Assembly: GCA_030751755.1 (NCBI GenBank) | Contig: JASMFO010000050.1 | Span: 1 to 29,938 of the forward strand | Direction: 5' to 3' | From: Candidatus Woesearchaeota archaeon | Lineage (GTDB): Archaea; Nanobdellota; Nanobdellia; Woesearchaeales; GW2011-AR4 | Length of the DNA: 29,938 bases | Shown: one piece after another, positions 8,676-17,095 of the stretch | Position numbering within the stretch: position 1 is the stretch's first letter | How the letters are laid out: each line of letters begins with the position of its first letter | Position numbers and translations under genes: made by a program | The notes under the pieces: generated by a model | What the model was told of the DNA's origin: nothing | The model's database searches: none | The model's input: the letters and a program-made list of their open reading frames with translations, nothing else

Positions 8676-8799
8676 TGCCGCTGACGGAATTCGAATCCAC
8701 GACCTCTACGTAACCCAGTTAATGCTTAAGTCATCTCCTAAAAGGATCATAGCTCAAATATATGAGCGTAGCGCTCTAACCAGGCTGAGCTACAGCGGC
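8676..8799 (-). tRNA. tRNA with CAT anticodon (elongator Met or Ile2), 49-nt intron at canonical 37/38 position
   Basis: Reverse-complement hand fold. The acceptor is GCCGCTG/CAGCGGC with discriminator A, and the D arm is GCTC-AGCCTGGTTA-GAGC. The anticodon stem CTACG...CGTAG is split by 49 nt inserted after CTCATA. Exon 1 is 8799-8761, the intron is 8760-8712 and exon 2 is 8711-8676. The T loop is TTCGAAT. A G1-C72 pair and a GC-poor anticodon stem argue against initiator tRNA. Confidence 0.85.
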
Positions 8800-8906
8800 A
8801 TTAGTTCTAAGAAAAAGATGGTGTTTTAAAAAGATTGCTGTCAAAAGAATGAAATTCTCATTAATATTAGCAATATATAAATATAATTAATTTTAATATA
8901 AATAAA

Positions 8907-9776
8907 ATGTTAATTATTGGGTGTTCAAAAGGGGTGCATTTAGCTGGGAAAATAGCTAAAAAGCTGCAAGCGTCTTATTCTGCATTAAAGGTAAAAAAAT
9001 TTCCGGATGGCGAGATAAAGGCAAGGTTTATGAGCGATGTTAAAGGAAAAGAAGTTGCTTTAATCCAATCATTTTATGACAATATAAATGATTTAATTGT
9101 AGAGGTTATTTTTGCTGCTGAAACTGCTCGTGATTTAGGAGCTAAAAAGGTTATTCTTATTGCGCCTTATTTTCCTTATCTAAGGCAGGATAAAATGTTT
9201 AAGCCAGGCCAATGCATAAGCATTGAAGTAATGAGCAAACTTATGGGCAGGTATTTTGATAAGGTATCTATCATTGACCCTCACCTGCATAGAGAGAAAA
9301 AACTTTCTGGTTTGTTTTCCATTAAAGCTGAAAAATTGACTTCAAATCCTTACATTGCCGATTATATACAAAAAAATATCAAAAATCCTTTGATTGTAGG
9401 GCCTGATTGGGAAAGCTATAAATGGGCAAGAAAAGTTGCTGAAAAAATAAAATGTGAGCATGTTATACTGAAAAAGAAAAGATACACTGGAAGGAAAGTT
9501 AAAGTAATTTTAAACAAGAAAATCAATATCACTAACAAAAATATTGTATTTGTTGATGATATGATAAGCACTGGAAATACAATACTGGAATGTGTTAAAA
9601 ATTTAAAGAAAATTGGGGCAAAGAAGTTCAATTGTGTTGTGGTTCATGGAATTTTTGTTGAGAATGCACTGGAAAAGTTAAGGAAAGCTAATGTTAAGGT
9701 TGTTAGTACTGATACCATACCTAGTAAAGTTGCTAAGATTGATGTTTCTGGGCTAATAGCTAGGGCATTGAAATAA
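8907..9776 (+). CDS. prs: ribose-phosphate pyrophosphokinase (PRPP synthetase)
   Basis: 289 aa. It has FPDGE near the N-terminus, a YLRQDK motif and the PRPP-binding loop VFVDDMISTGNT. Confidence 0.9.
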   Translation: MLIIGCSKGVHLAGKIAKKLQASYSALKVKKFPDGEIKARFMSDVKGKEVALIQSFYDNINDLIVEVIFAAETARDLGAKKVILIAPYFPYLRQDKMFKPGQCISIEVMSKLMGRYFDKVSIIDPHLHREKKLSGLFSIKAEKLTSNPYIADYIQKNIKNPLIVGPDWESYKWARKVAEKIKCEHVILKKKRYTGRKVKVILNKKINITNKNIVFVDDMISTGNTILECVKNLKKIGAKKFNCVVVHGIFVENALEKLRKANVKVVSTDTIPSKVAKIDVSGLIARALK

Positions 9777-9837
9777 AATAACAATAATTGATAAGAGATA
9801 TATATAGAATAATAATTAAAAATAATAAAAATTTAAA

Positions 9838-11271
9838 TTAATAAGCTTTCCCAAAAATAACCAAGAATTTTCCTTCTTTACTGCAATGGACGCATTTTCC
9901 TAGTTTTTTTGGCTGTTCAAATGAAATTAATCTGGATGTTGCACCATCTGTTTTTTCCTTAATTTCATCTTCACATTTTACGTTTCCGCAGAAAAAGACT
10001 TTGACAAGTTTCTTGTTCTTTATTTGTTTTACAAACTCATTCCAGTTCTTTGCTTCAACAATGCTAGAATTTAGGAATTTCTTTGCTTTGTTGAATAAAG
10101 AATTTTGTATGTCTTCCAATGTTTCTTTTACTTTCTTGTCTAATTGTGTTACTTTTATGAATTCTTTTTTATTGTTATCGCGTCTTACTAAAACAACCTG
10201 TTTTTTCTCAACATCTTTTGGGCCTATCTCTATTCTCAATGGAACACCTTTAAGCTCCCATTCATTGTATTTCCATCCTGGCGTGTAGCCGTCTCTGTCA
10301 TCTAGCTCAACTTCATAATTTTTTAGCATATTTTTCACTTCAGTTGCTTTTTTTATTATTTTGTTTTTGTCATCAAAGTATATCGGCACTATTACAATTT
10401 GAGTTGGAGCTACTCTTGGCGGCAAGACTAAGCCTTTATCATCAGAGTGCATCATAACCAAAGCTCCAATTAATCTTGTGGAAAAACCCCAGGAGTTTTG
10501 CCATGGTAAATATTCTTTTTCATCTTTTCCAAAAAATTTTATGTTAAAGGCTTTTGCAAAATTTTGCCCCAGATTATGGCTTGTACCCATTTGCAGGGCT
10601 TTTCCGTCCGGCATTAGTGCTTCTAAAGTATAAGTTGTTTTTCCTCCTGCAAACCTTTCTTTCTCTGTCTTTTTTCCTTCCAAAACAGGGACTGCAAGCA
10701 ATTCCTCGCATAATTCCTTATACTCCTTAAGATAAATTAATGTTTCTTTCTCGCATTCTTCTTCTGTTTCATAAACGCAATGGCCTTCCTGCCATAGAAA
10801 CTCGCGAGTTCTTAAAAAAAGCTTAGTTTGCTTGACTTCCCACCTTAAAACATTGCACCATTGATTTAAGCGCAAAGGCAAATCTCTCCAGCTTCTTATC
10901 CAGTTTGCATATGAATCATACATTATTGTCTCTGAGGTTGGCCTTAAGGCATATTTTTCTCTCTGCTCCTGATCCATGACCCATGCAAGCTCTGGTGCAA
11001 AACCTTTAGCATGCTCTGCTTCTTTTTTGAAGAATTTTTCTGGTATTAATAAGGGGAAATAAGAGTTTTTTACTCCTAATTTTTTAATTCTGTTATCAAA
11101 ATATTCCTGGATGTGTTCCCAAATTGCATAGCCTCTTGGTCTTACAACCATAAAGCCTTTTATTACAGAATGCTCTGCAAGCTCTGCCTTAATGACTACT
11201 TCGTTGTACCATTCTGAGAAATCTTGGCTTTTCTTTATTGTTATTCCTTGATTTTCTTCTTTTTTTGGCAT
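9838..11271 (-). CDS. proS: prolyl-tRNA synthetase, archaeal/eukaryotic type
   Basis: 477 aa. It has the FSEWY start region, class II motifs (LRPTSE, FLWQEGH, GTSH) and a C-terminal Zn-binding-type domain ending ...FGKAY, as in archaeal-type ProRS. Confidence 0.93.
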   Translation of the reverse strand: MPKKEENQGITIKKSQDFSEWYNEVVIKAELAEHSVIKGFMVVRPRGYAIWEHIQEYFDNRIKKLGVKNSYFPLLIPEKFFKKEAEHAKGFAPELAWVMDQEQREKYALRPTSETIMYDSYANWIRSWRDLPLRLNQWCNVLRWEVKQTKLFLRTREFLWQEGHCVYETEEECEKETLIYLKEYKELCEELLAVPVLEGKKTEKERFAGGKTTYTLEALMPDGKALQMGTSHNLGQNFAKAFNIKFFGKDEKEYLPWQNSWGFSTRLIGALVMMHSDDKGLVLPPRVAPTQIVIVPIYFDDKNKIIKKATEVKNMLKNYEVELDDRDGYTPGWKYNEWELKGVPLRIEIGPKDVEKKQVVLVRRDNNKKEFIKVTQLDKKVKETLEDIQNSLFNKAKKFLNSSIVEAKNWNEFVKQIKNKKLVKVFFCGNVKCEDEIKEKTDGATSRLISFEQPKKLGKCVHCSKEGKFLVIFGKAY

Positions 11272-11395
11272 TTGGTTATTTGCTTTAGTTTAGGTATTTA
11301 AAGTTTTTGTGGAAGCGTCAAGTATTTTCTAAAGATTTAATAAAAGAATGTTATTTCCTATGCTTCAATAATTTTTAATTCAAAATTGATAAAAA

Positions 11396-11893
11396 ATGAC
11401 GCTAAAAATTCCAGTTAAATATTACCTGGGCAGGTTTTCTTATGAACCTCAACCACATCAAACTCACAAAAAGATTGGGAAGAAGATACATACAGTAATT
11501 GCAGATAACGGGCTTAATAATCTCAACATTGAGGAGTTGCTTGTAAGAGGTACTATTGGCTCAAATGTTACATTAGATGAAATATTACGGCAAGGGACAG
11601 ACCGCTTTGGAAAAAATGACACTTATGCCACTGAAGGAGATCTTATGTTTTCTTTGGGACAATCTCTAGTACTTTATAATCGTCTAAATGAATATATTTC
11701 CAGTGGGCGCTATAAAAGAATATTGCGAAGAGGAGAAAAAAGAATTGCGAGGCATAGGAATCAGTATCCAGCCTTACTGGCATACAATCCTCAAGGGCTT
11801 ACTCCTATAAATCGTAATGACCATTATGAATTCTTAATACCCCCAAATAAGGCTTTGCTTGCAGTGTTCTATTTCACCATGGGTAAAAAATAA
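11396..11893 (+). CDS. hypothetical protein
   Basis: A 165-aa ORF with no antisense competitor and coding-like composition. I recognise no motif. Confidence 0.45.
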   Translation: MTLKIPVKYYLGRFSYEPQPHQTHKKIGKKIHTVIADNGLNNLNIEELLVRGTIGSNVTLDEILRQGTDRFGKNDTYATEGDLMFSLGQSLVLYNRLNEYISSGRYKRILRRGEKRIARHRNQYPALLAYNPQGLTPINRNDHYEFLIPPNKALLAVFYFTMGKK

Positions 11894-11932
11894 TTCATAA
11901 TATTTTTAAAATACCTTAAAATCACTTTTACT

Positions 11933-12334
11933 ATGAAAAAAGTAATGGCATTTGGATCTTTTGATATGCTGCATAAGGGGCATGAGGCTTATCTTAAGGA
12001 AGCCAAGAGTTATGGGGATTATTTGATTGTTATAGTTGCCAGGGATGAGAGTATCATAAGGTTCAAGGGCAGAAAACCCAAAAATGATGAGAATTCTAGA
12101 TTAGGGCAAATCAAAAAATTAGACTTTGTTGATGAGGCTGTTTTGGGGAGTAAGGGTAATATTTTTGATGTTTTAGAAGAGTATAGTCCGGATGTAATCT
12201 GTTTGGGCTATGATCAAAAGACAGTTGAGGAAGAAAAATTAAGGGAAGAGCTGGAGAAAAGGAATCTGAAAGCTAAGATTGTAAGGGCTAAACCATATAA
12301 AGAAGATATTTATAAGTCTTCTAAATTAAAATAA
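11933..12334 (+). CDS. ribL: FAD synthase, archaeal RibL-type cytidylyltransferase-fold protein
   Basis: 133 aa. It has FGSFDMLHKGH (the HxGH nucleotidyltransferase motif) and LIVIVARDE...KGRKP, as in Methanocaldococcus RibL. Confidence 0.8.
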   Translation: MKKVMAFGSFDMLHKGHEAYLKEAKSYGDYLIVIVARDESIIRFKGRKPKNDENSRLGQIKKLDFVDEAVLGSKGNIFDVLEEYSPDVICLGYDQKTVEEEKLREELEKRNLKAKIVRAKPYKEDIYKSSKLK

Positions 12335-13006
12335 TCACTTCTTAACTAATTCTGCATCTCCTACAATAAATGTTCCGGTGCATTCATTTTCCATCTCTAT
12401 TTTTGCCTTTTTTATCTTTAATTTCTCTCTGAATAATGGACAATCCAGAACTAAAGATTCGTATTCACCGCCCTCTCCCCCCAGGTGAATATTTAATTTT
12501 TTTATTTTTTTTAAAAAGCTATTGTTGATTTTTTTCCCAAGGAAGTTTTTTGTAAGGCCTTCAGCAGCAATTCCTGTTAGGATTACTTTAAAATTATTTT
12601 TCATTAGTTCTTTTAGGTATTGTTCTGGATCAATGTGCCATAGGGGGGCTATTGATTTTATCTTTAAGTCTTTGCATATATTGCCTATTCTTTCTTTTTG
12701 ATAATTTGAAGCCAAAGCTCCTGAAACTACACCTTGTATTTTATATTTTTTAATTGCTGTTTTCAATGCTTTTTTTATATCGTCAAGTTCTTTTTCTTTT
12801 ATCCCAGATGATTTCATAAAGATTAATGGCAGATTCATGGCCTTTGCCTGCAATTTAACTAGGTCAATATTGGGTATATGGAACATATAAGAATCATCTC
12901 TTTTTGATTTAAGGCTTATCAAACAATCTATTTCATTTTGTTTAGAGGCCTTGAAAGCTGCGTAAATGCTGTCCTTTCCGCCAGATATTAAAGCTGCAAT
13001 CTTCAT
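12335..13006 (-). CDS. dph6: diphthine-ammonia ligase-like ATP pyrophosphatase (MJ0570/Dph6 N-domain family)
   Basis: 223 aa. It has the PP-loop ALISGGKDS at the N-terminus and GEGGEYESLVLDCPLF near the C-terminus, which are hallmarks of this family. Confidence 0.8.
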   Translation of the reverse strand: MKIAALISGGKDSIYAAFKASKQNEIDCLISLKSKRDDSYMFHIPNIDLVKLQAKAMNLPLIFMKSSGIKEKELDDIKKALKTAIKKYKIQGVVSGALASNYQKERIGNICKDLKIKSIAPLWHIDPEQYLKELMKNNFKVILTGIAAEGLTKNFLGKKINNSFLKKIKKLNIHLGGEGGEYESLVLDCPLFREKLKIKKAKIEMENECTGTFIVGDAELVKK

Positions 13007-13208
13007 CTTATTTAGTACTCGTCATACCTTTAAAAAGATTTTTAAATAAAGCATATACTAAACCTTTTGGCAACAAAAATGCAAAAAAGAGGTATCAGAC
13101 TATCAACAACTGGGGAGAGAAATACAATCTCTTGGTAAGAAAAAATAAGAACAATTCATACCAGATAACTTTAAATAAAACACAAGCTTTTATAGTTCTA
13201 CCACAACT

Positions 13209-13310
13209 GCCGACGTCGCATAACCTGGCATTGCGTCAGCCTTGAGTTGATTGTTTTAACAGATAGCTGATTCCCGCAAGGGTATCCCGGTTCAAATCCG
13301 GGCGTCGGCG
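13209..13310 (+). tRNA. tRNA-Ser (anticodon TGA), class II, 18-nt intron at 37/38
   Basis: Hand fold. The acceptor is GCCGACG/CGTCGGC with discriminator G. The D arm is almost identical (one difference) to that of the other tRNA-Ser. The anticodon stem TCAGC...GCTGA is split after CTTGAG by 18 nt (13247-13264). The variable arm is CCC-GCAA-GGG and the T arm is CCCGG-TTCAAAT-CCGGG. Confidence 0.88.
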
Positions 13311-13311
13311 T
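13299..13311 (+). repeat. attL-like direct repeat (overlaps T-stem/acceptor 3' end of tRNA-Ser)
   Basis: CGGGCGTCGGCGT. With the upstream TCAAATC it matches TCATATA at the right copy (18/20 over 20 nt). Confidence 0.75.
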
Positions 13312-13371
13312 TGAACCTTTTTGTCCCCTTTTTGAAATACATTTATATAGAGGGACTTCTTTCTTTGTTCT

Positions 13372-14502
13372 ATGAATGAACAAATGTTTTTGAATTATTA
13401 CAATAAAGCAAAGGACAAGCTTTTGAAAGATACTTCTCTAAATTCAAATAACAGAAAGTTGTTTTGTGAATTTTTTGAAGAACAGGAACATAAGCTCAAG
13501 AGAATAAATGGCTTAAGGCAAAATGATGAAAGCAATTATAAGACACTTTACGGTTATATCCGTATGCTTAAGATAGTCAATAAATGGTTCAAAAACAAGG
13601 ACTGGAAGAAGCTGACAGAAAAGGATATTAAACAAGTATATGATGATCTTGAAGACGGAAAAATATTAAACCGTTTTGGTAAACCTTATGAAAGTCTTGA
13701 TGACAGCTATTATTCAAAGGTATTGAAAAGTAGACCTTTTGAACTTGCTGGAAAACTACAAATAGCAAGGGAAGTAATAAGGTATACAAACCACAAGGAA
13801 AGTAATGTAAGGTTTATTACGGAAGGGGACTTCAGGAAAACAGTAAATAATGTTTACACACCTTCCAATAAACTTTTACTGTGGTTAGCTTGGGACATAG
13901 GGGAAAACATAAATTCTTTGTTGATGTTACGAAAAAATGACTTTTGTATACAGAAAAACCCAAACACCAAAGAACCTGAATACAGGGTAAATTTAAGAAA
14001 GGAAATTCTTAAGAGGACAAGAAAACCTAGAAGTGAAATAACAAACTATAATGAAACTGTAGAACTTCTAGACCAGCGTTTAGCTGACTTAAATGAAGAA
14101 GACCTTTTGTTTAATTTTGACTATAGGAACGCAAAGAAAATAATAGACAGGGCAGTGGGAAGGTCAAAAGTAAAATGTGTTCCAGGTGGTCAGAAACCTT
14201 CCTGGAAGGACATAAGGTCTTCTATGGCTTGTGATCTACTGAAAAAAGGTTGGTCTACTGATGAAGTAAACGCAAGACTAGGACATAGACCTTCTTCAGA
14301 TGAAATTGACAAATACATTAACTTCCTGGCTATAGACAGGCATAGACCAAAGAAGAAAGTTCAGCAATATGAACTGGAAAAAATAAATACAGAACTGGAA
14401 GAAAGCAAAGACAGGGAAAAAATGTTGACAAGAAGAATGGAAAAACTTCAGGAAGATAATGAAGACCTATACAGAAAGGTTGAACTGATACTTAACAAAT
14501 AA
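13372..14502 (+). CDS. tyrosine recombinase / integrase
   Basis: 376 aa. Candidate catalytic residues appear in the usual order: LLMLRKND (Arg I), SWKDIRSS (HxxR-type Arg II), RLGHR and KYINF (Tyr). It is adjacent to the tRNA. A TATA-like ATTTATATAG lies about 25 nt upstream of the ATG, suggesting a leaderless transcript. Confidence 0.8.
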   Translation: MNEQMFLNYYNKAKDKLLKDTSLNSNNRKLFCEFFEEQEHKLKRINGLRQNDESNYKTLYGYIRMLKIVNKWFKNKDWKKLTEKDIKQVYDDLEDGKILNRFGKPYESLDDSYYSKVLKSRPFELAGKLQIAREVIRYTNHKESNVRFITEGDFRKTVNNVYTPSNKLLLWLAWDIGENINSLLMLRKNDFCIQKNPNTKEPEYRVNLRKEILKRTRKPRSEITNYNETVELLDQRLADLNEEDLLFNFDYRNAKKIIDRAVGRSKVKCVPGGQKPSWKDIRSSMACDLLKKGWSTDEVNARLGHRPSSDEIDKYINFLAIDRHRPKKKVQQYELEKINTELEESKDREKMLTRRMEKLQEDNEDLYRKVELILNK

Positions 14503-14512
14503 GGCAAGAAAA

Positions 14513-15091
14513 ATGGTTGAAATTAATTCCTTTAAAACAGATGTAATTGACAATTTTTCAAATAGTATTAAAACTATATTGGACAACAGTCATAAGAAAT
14601 TCTTAAATGAAGGTGTAATAAGCTTTGAATTAAGTAAAAGTTTAACTTTAATAGAAGAAAATAAAGAGAATATTTTTCAGAACTATCCGTATTTTATTGA
14701 TGTATCTATTCCCAAACAAAAACTATATGTTGAAATTAAATATATTAGGGGAATACCTTCTAACGAAAAAATACCAGTTACAAACAGATTTGGACAAATT
14801 TTAAATGATATGGCTAAACTATCTCAAAAGGTTGAAGAAGGTAGCAGGGTGGTAATCGTAGTAACAGAACAGGTTCAAATAACCCATTTTAAAAATCAGG
14901 ATAAAAGATTTATTGGGAAGGAAGATTTTATATTTGATGTTAATGAGGAAGATATTAAGGAATGGGAAAGTGTTGGTAGTAGAGAAGATAAAATAAAATA
15001 TGACTTAAGGAAAGTTAAAAATATAAGAATATTGAGAAATATTAATATTGGGGAATTAACTATTATTGTTTATTTAATTAATGAGAATTAA
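14513..15091 (+). CDS. hypothetical protein with PD-(D/E)xK nuclease-like motif
   Basis: 192 aa. The segment YFIDVSIPKQKLYVEIKY gives D...(10 aa)...E-x-K on predicted adjacent strands. It is preceded by an acidic helix (SFELSK). This pattern is typical of restriction-endonuclease or Hjc-like folds. The call is motif-level only. Confidence 0.45.
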   Translation: MVEINSFKTDVIDNFSNSIKTILDNSHKKFLNEGVISFELSKSLTLIEENKENIFQNYPYFIDVSIPKQKLYVEIKYIRGIPSNEKIPVTNRFGQILNDMAKLSQKVEEGSRVVIVVTEQVQITHFKNQDKRFIGKEDFIFDVNEEDIKEWESVGSREDKIKYDLRKVKNIRILRNINIGELTIIVYLINEN

Positions 15092-15430
15092 TTATTCTTT
15101 ATTATCTTTTTCTAGCATAGCTTCAAATTCTGAACCAAACTTAAGGTAAAATTGTGGGTTGATAATCCAATAAAGTTTTTCTTTTGTCCCTTCTTCATAC
15201 CTTCTTGTAATGAAGTTCCAGCTTTCTAGTCTTTCTAGTGTTGATAATATTTTTTTATAGGAAGGAAAATATATTTCTTTTTCTCTTAATTTCTTCTCTA
15301 TTTCTCTATATTTTTCTGAAGATGTAGAATGAACAAGTTTCATATAATTAAACATTTTTGCGTCCATACGCTTCCAAGACATTCTGTTGATTTTACCATA
15401 TTTATATTTTAATTTAAAATCTTTGATCAT
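15092..15430 (-). CDS. winged-helix DNA-binding protein (hypothetical)
   Basis: The segment FPSYKKILSTLERLESWNFITRRYEEGTKEKLYWIINP looks like a recognition helix plus wing, as in MarR/PadR-like wHTH proteins. The ATG at 15430 is preferred, with an in-frame TTG alternative at 15460. The stop abuts the stop of the convergent 14513..15091 gene. Confidence 0.55.
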   Translation of the reverse strand: MIKDFKLKYKYGKINRMSWKRMDAKMFNYMKLVHSTSSEKYREIEKKLREKEIYFPSYKKILSTLERLESWNFITRRYEEGTKEKLYWIINPQFYLKFGSEFEAMLEKDNKE

Positions 15431-15538
15431 AGTTATTGCTGAATTATCAAAAGCTTCCAATAAATTACAATTATAAAAAAAACCTGTACTTAAGGGTGTT
15501 TGAACAGTGAAAATAATTTTAAGTTGAAAAAATTCTAA

Positions 15539-15649
15539 AGGAAGCAGGGGAAGACATTAGGAAGACCTACAGGATCTAAAGATACCAAAAGAAGAAGGAC
15601 TAGTGGTTATATACAAAGGTGGACTAAACAAACCCCCCTACCCATTTAA
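15539..15649 (+). pseudogene. start-less ORF remnant encoding an AT-hook-like GRPTGSKDTKRRR peptide
   Basis: There are 36 sense codons between a TAA and a TAA with no ATG, GTG or TTG. The translation is RKQGKTLGRPTGSKDTKRRRTSGYIQRWTKQTPLPI. A GRP core flanked by basic residues resembles an AT-hook. Confidence 0.3.
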
Positions 15650-15752
15650 CACAATTTCTTAATAGGGAAATACTAAAATAAATAATCAAGTGATTATTTA
15701 GTAAGGTTTTTAAATACTAATTCTAAGAGTATGTTAAAAAGAGGTATATACT

Positions 15753-16199
15753 ATGAAAAAAGAGACAGTACCTGAAGAAACATTATTTGAAGAGACAGTA
15801 CGTTTGAGAACGAACGCAGATGAACTTCTAAAGCGTAAGGATTTATCTGAGCACGAGGAAGATGAGTTACTTAGAGAATTATTTGGTCATACAGACAAAG
15901 TAGCTAGAAAGTTTCTTGATCATAGTAGACTCTCTAGTCAAATAGGAGAAAATACTCCTGGAAAGTTCCAAAGAAAGTTTGAAGTACTGGAAGCTGAGCT
16001 TGGAGATTTAACAGAATTAGGTAGAGAACTAGAGTTAATTAATAGATATATTGAAAAAATAGGCGCAAGACGACGAAGAAGAGAGCAAGCCCTTATGAGA
16101 ACTCTTAGAGGTTCATTGCGTCCTTTAGAAGCAGATGTAACCGAAGACTCAGCTGAAATAAGGGCGATATTAGCTAGAATGAACCGAGCAAGGGGCTAG
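15753..16199 (+). CDS. hypothetical all-helical, Arg/Glu-rich protein (element cargo)
   Basis: 148 aa with GAGGT 8 nt upstream of the ATG. The composition is rich in R/E/L/A/T and poor in K/N/I, unlike neighbouring proteins. It has a basic patch GARRRRREQALMRTLRG. I recognise no family. Confidence 0.6.
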   Translation: MKKETVPEETLFEETVRLRTNADELLKRKDLSEHEEDELLRELFGHTDKVARKFLDHSRLSSQIGENTPGKFQRKFEVLEAELGDLTELGRELELINRYIEKIGARRRRREQALMRTLRGSLRPLEADVTEDSAEIRAILARMNRARG

Positions 16200-16214
16200 G
16201 TAATTCATATAATT

Positions 16215-17003
16215 TTATATACCCAATTCACCAACAAGTTTACCAATTAATTGTTCGTATGTCAATGCCTTCTGACTCTCCCTCTCCGGAATTCGAAGAT
16301 AATTCTTAAATCCATGTAGGGTACTTTTAGCAGCTTTCAATTCTTTTCCTGCAGTTTCAAGGGGGTCTTTTGCCATTTGAAGGTACCTTTCCACTTGTAC
16401 AATAAAATTAGCTGCAATTCTTCTTGTACCCCTTGTGGCAGATAATGTTTTTGCTCTCATGTACTTAGAAAATGCTGTGTTCAAAGATGATAGAGCAGCA
16501 TTTGCATGTCCTCTAGCCTGTACCAACATCAATGTAACCAATTTTAGAGATTTGTGTTTTGCCCTTATTTGTCTTTTTTCTGCCTCTTCCAAACCTTCAA
16601 TAGTTCTCGTTATCTGTCGTCCCTTGACATTAAGAGAGGGAATTCTTCTTGATTGTTGAGATTCTACATCATCAATTAGTCCCACAACACGGTCTGCAGT
16701 TTGAAAAAGTCTTATTATTTCTGCCATATCTTCTTTGACTGTTGGAATTGCAGCTAAAATTTCCCGATATAGCCTACTCATAGTTGCAGCAAAGTTATCA
16801 TTTGTAGACCTAAGAGCTTCAGCAATTCTTTGTCTGAATTTAGTCTTATCCTGCATAGTTTCCAAAAATCCTTTTCCTGCTTTAACTTTTCTTAGAAAGA
16901 GACTTACTTTTTTCTCTACATCTGCACTTATTACTCCTTCTGCTTCAAGTAATCTTATTTCCTCCAATTCTTCGTCTCTAACATCAGTTCCCGGCAATTT
17001 CAT
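16215..17003 (-). CDS. hypothetical all-helical protein (element cargo)
   Basis: 262 aa with no TM segment and long amphipathic, coiled-coil-like stretches. It has the same foreign amino-acid composition as its convergent partner. A TATA-like TTTATAAATTG lies about 30 nt upstream. I recognise no family. Confidence 0.6.
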   Translation of the reverse strand: MKLPGTDVRDEELEEIRLLEAEGVISADVEKKVSLFLRKVKAGKGFLETMQDKTKFRQRIAEALRSTNDNFAATMSRLYREILAAIPTVKEDMAEIIRLFQTADRVVGLIDDVESQQSRRIPSLNVKGRQITRTIEGLEEAEKRQIRAKHKSLKLVTLMLVQARGHANAALSSLNTAFSKYMRAKTLSATRGTRRIAANFIVQVERYLQMAKDPLETAGKELKAAKSTLHGFKNYLRIPERESQKALTYEQLIGKLVGELGI

Positions 17004-17095
17004 AGTAGATTTTAATTATTATTATTTCAATTTATAAAATTTTTGATTTTAATTAAAAATATGCCCCATTTAATAAAATGAATTTTGATTTACAA

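Noticed and set aside
8712-8760. A C/D-box guide sRNA embedded in the tRNA(CAU) intron, as in some archaeal tRNA-Trp introns.
   Set aside because: Only weak C-box-like strings (ATGATCC, AGATGAC) are present, and there is no CUGA D or D' box in the 49 nt.
13074-13133. A 19-codon ORF (MQKRGIRLSTTGERNTISW) upstream of tRNA-Ser, considered as a relic related to the AT-hook-like remnant at 15539.
   Set aside because: The similarity between the two peptides is too weak and too short to distinguish from chance.
13198-13383. A 61-aa minus-strand ORF.
   Set aside because: It lies entirely over the tRNA-Ser(UGA) gene and the integrase promoter. The tRNA fold explains the sequence.
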